A stretch of DNA of 64,000 nucleotides from Raillietiella orientalis (Eukaryota). Location of the stretch: contig JAYWIR010000002.1 of the NCBI GenBank assembly GCA_036172245.1, positions 5,084,001 to 5,148,000 of the forward strand. The letters are read 5' to 3'. How positions within the stretch are numbered: position 1 is the first letter of the stretch; each line of letters begins with the position of its first letter. Under the pieces are notes generated by a model, which saw nothing but the letters and a program-made list of their open reading frames with translations, was not told the origin of the DNA and made no database searches. A program made the translations under genes and the position numbers. Positions 63,858 to 64,000 of the stretch are shown here, one piece after another.

Positions 63858-64000
63858 TTTTTGGAATATTTAGCAGAAAAATCTGCTCAAACTTCAACAA
63901 AGTCAACACGTGTGTAGAATAAAGATCAAAACAGATTATTTATCAAGGTGGAATTGTCGAGCTTTTTTCTAAGTGGTCACTGAACTCGAATGATGTAAAA

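Overview
Eukaryotic (invertebrate, probably ecdysozoan) genomic DNA with mostly 40-65 nt GT-AG introns. Four host genes can be spliced by hand: the 3' part of a Gyc76C-like receptor guanylyl cyclase (+, 3744-8953), RNA Pol III subunit POLR3H/RPC25 (+, 12222-12957), topoisomerase III alpha (-, 25240-12980) and an unidentified ~970-aa gene (+, 35644-40894). Between and inside them are decayed mobile elements: a mariner transposase, many Tx1/L1-clade LINE pieces, a NeSL/Utopia-type RLE element interrupted by a TSD-flanked SINE-like insert, and a possible R4-like RT. The most unusual signal is a set of about ten intronless reading frames broken by stops and frameshifts, all on the minus strand. 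Several are homologous to each other by eye, and they carry motifs resembling negative-strand RNA virus (Mononegavirales/Jingchuvirales) nucleoproteins. This suggests a co-oriented archive of endogenous viral elements (EVEs), possibly a piRNA-cluster-like antiviral locus. The viral assignment rests on motif recall, not on a database search.
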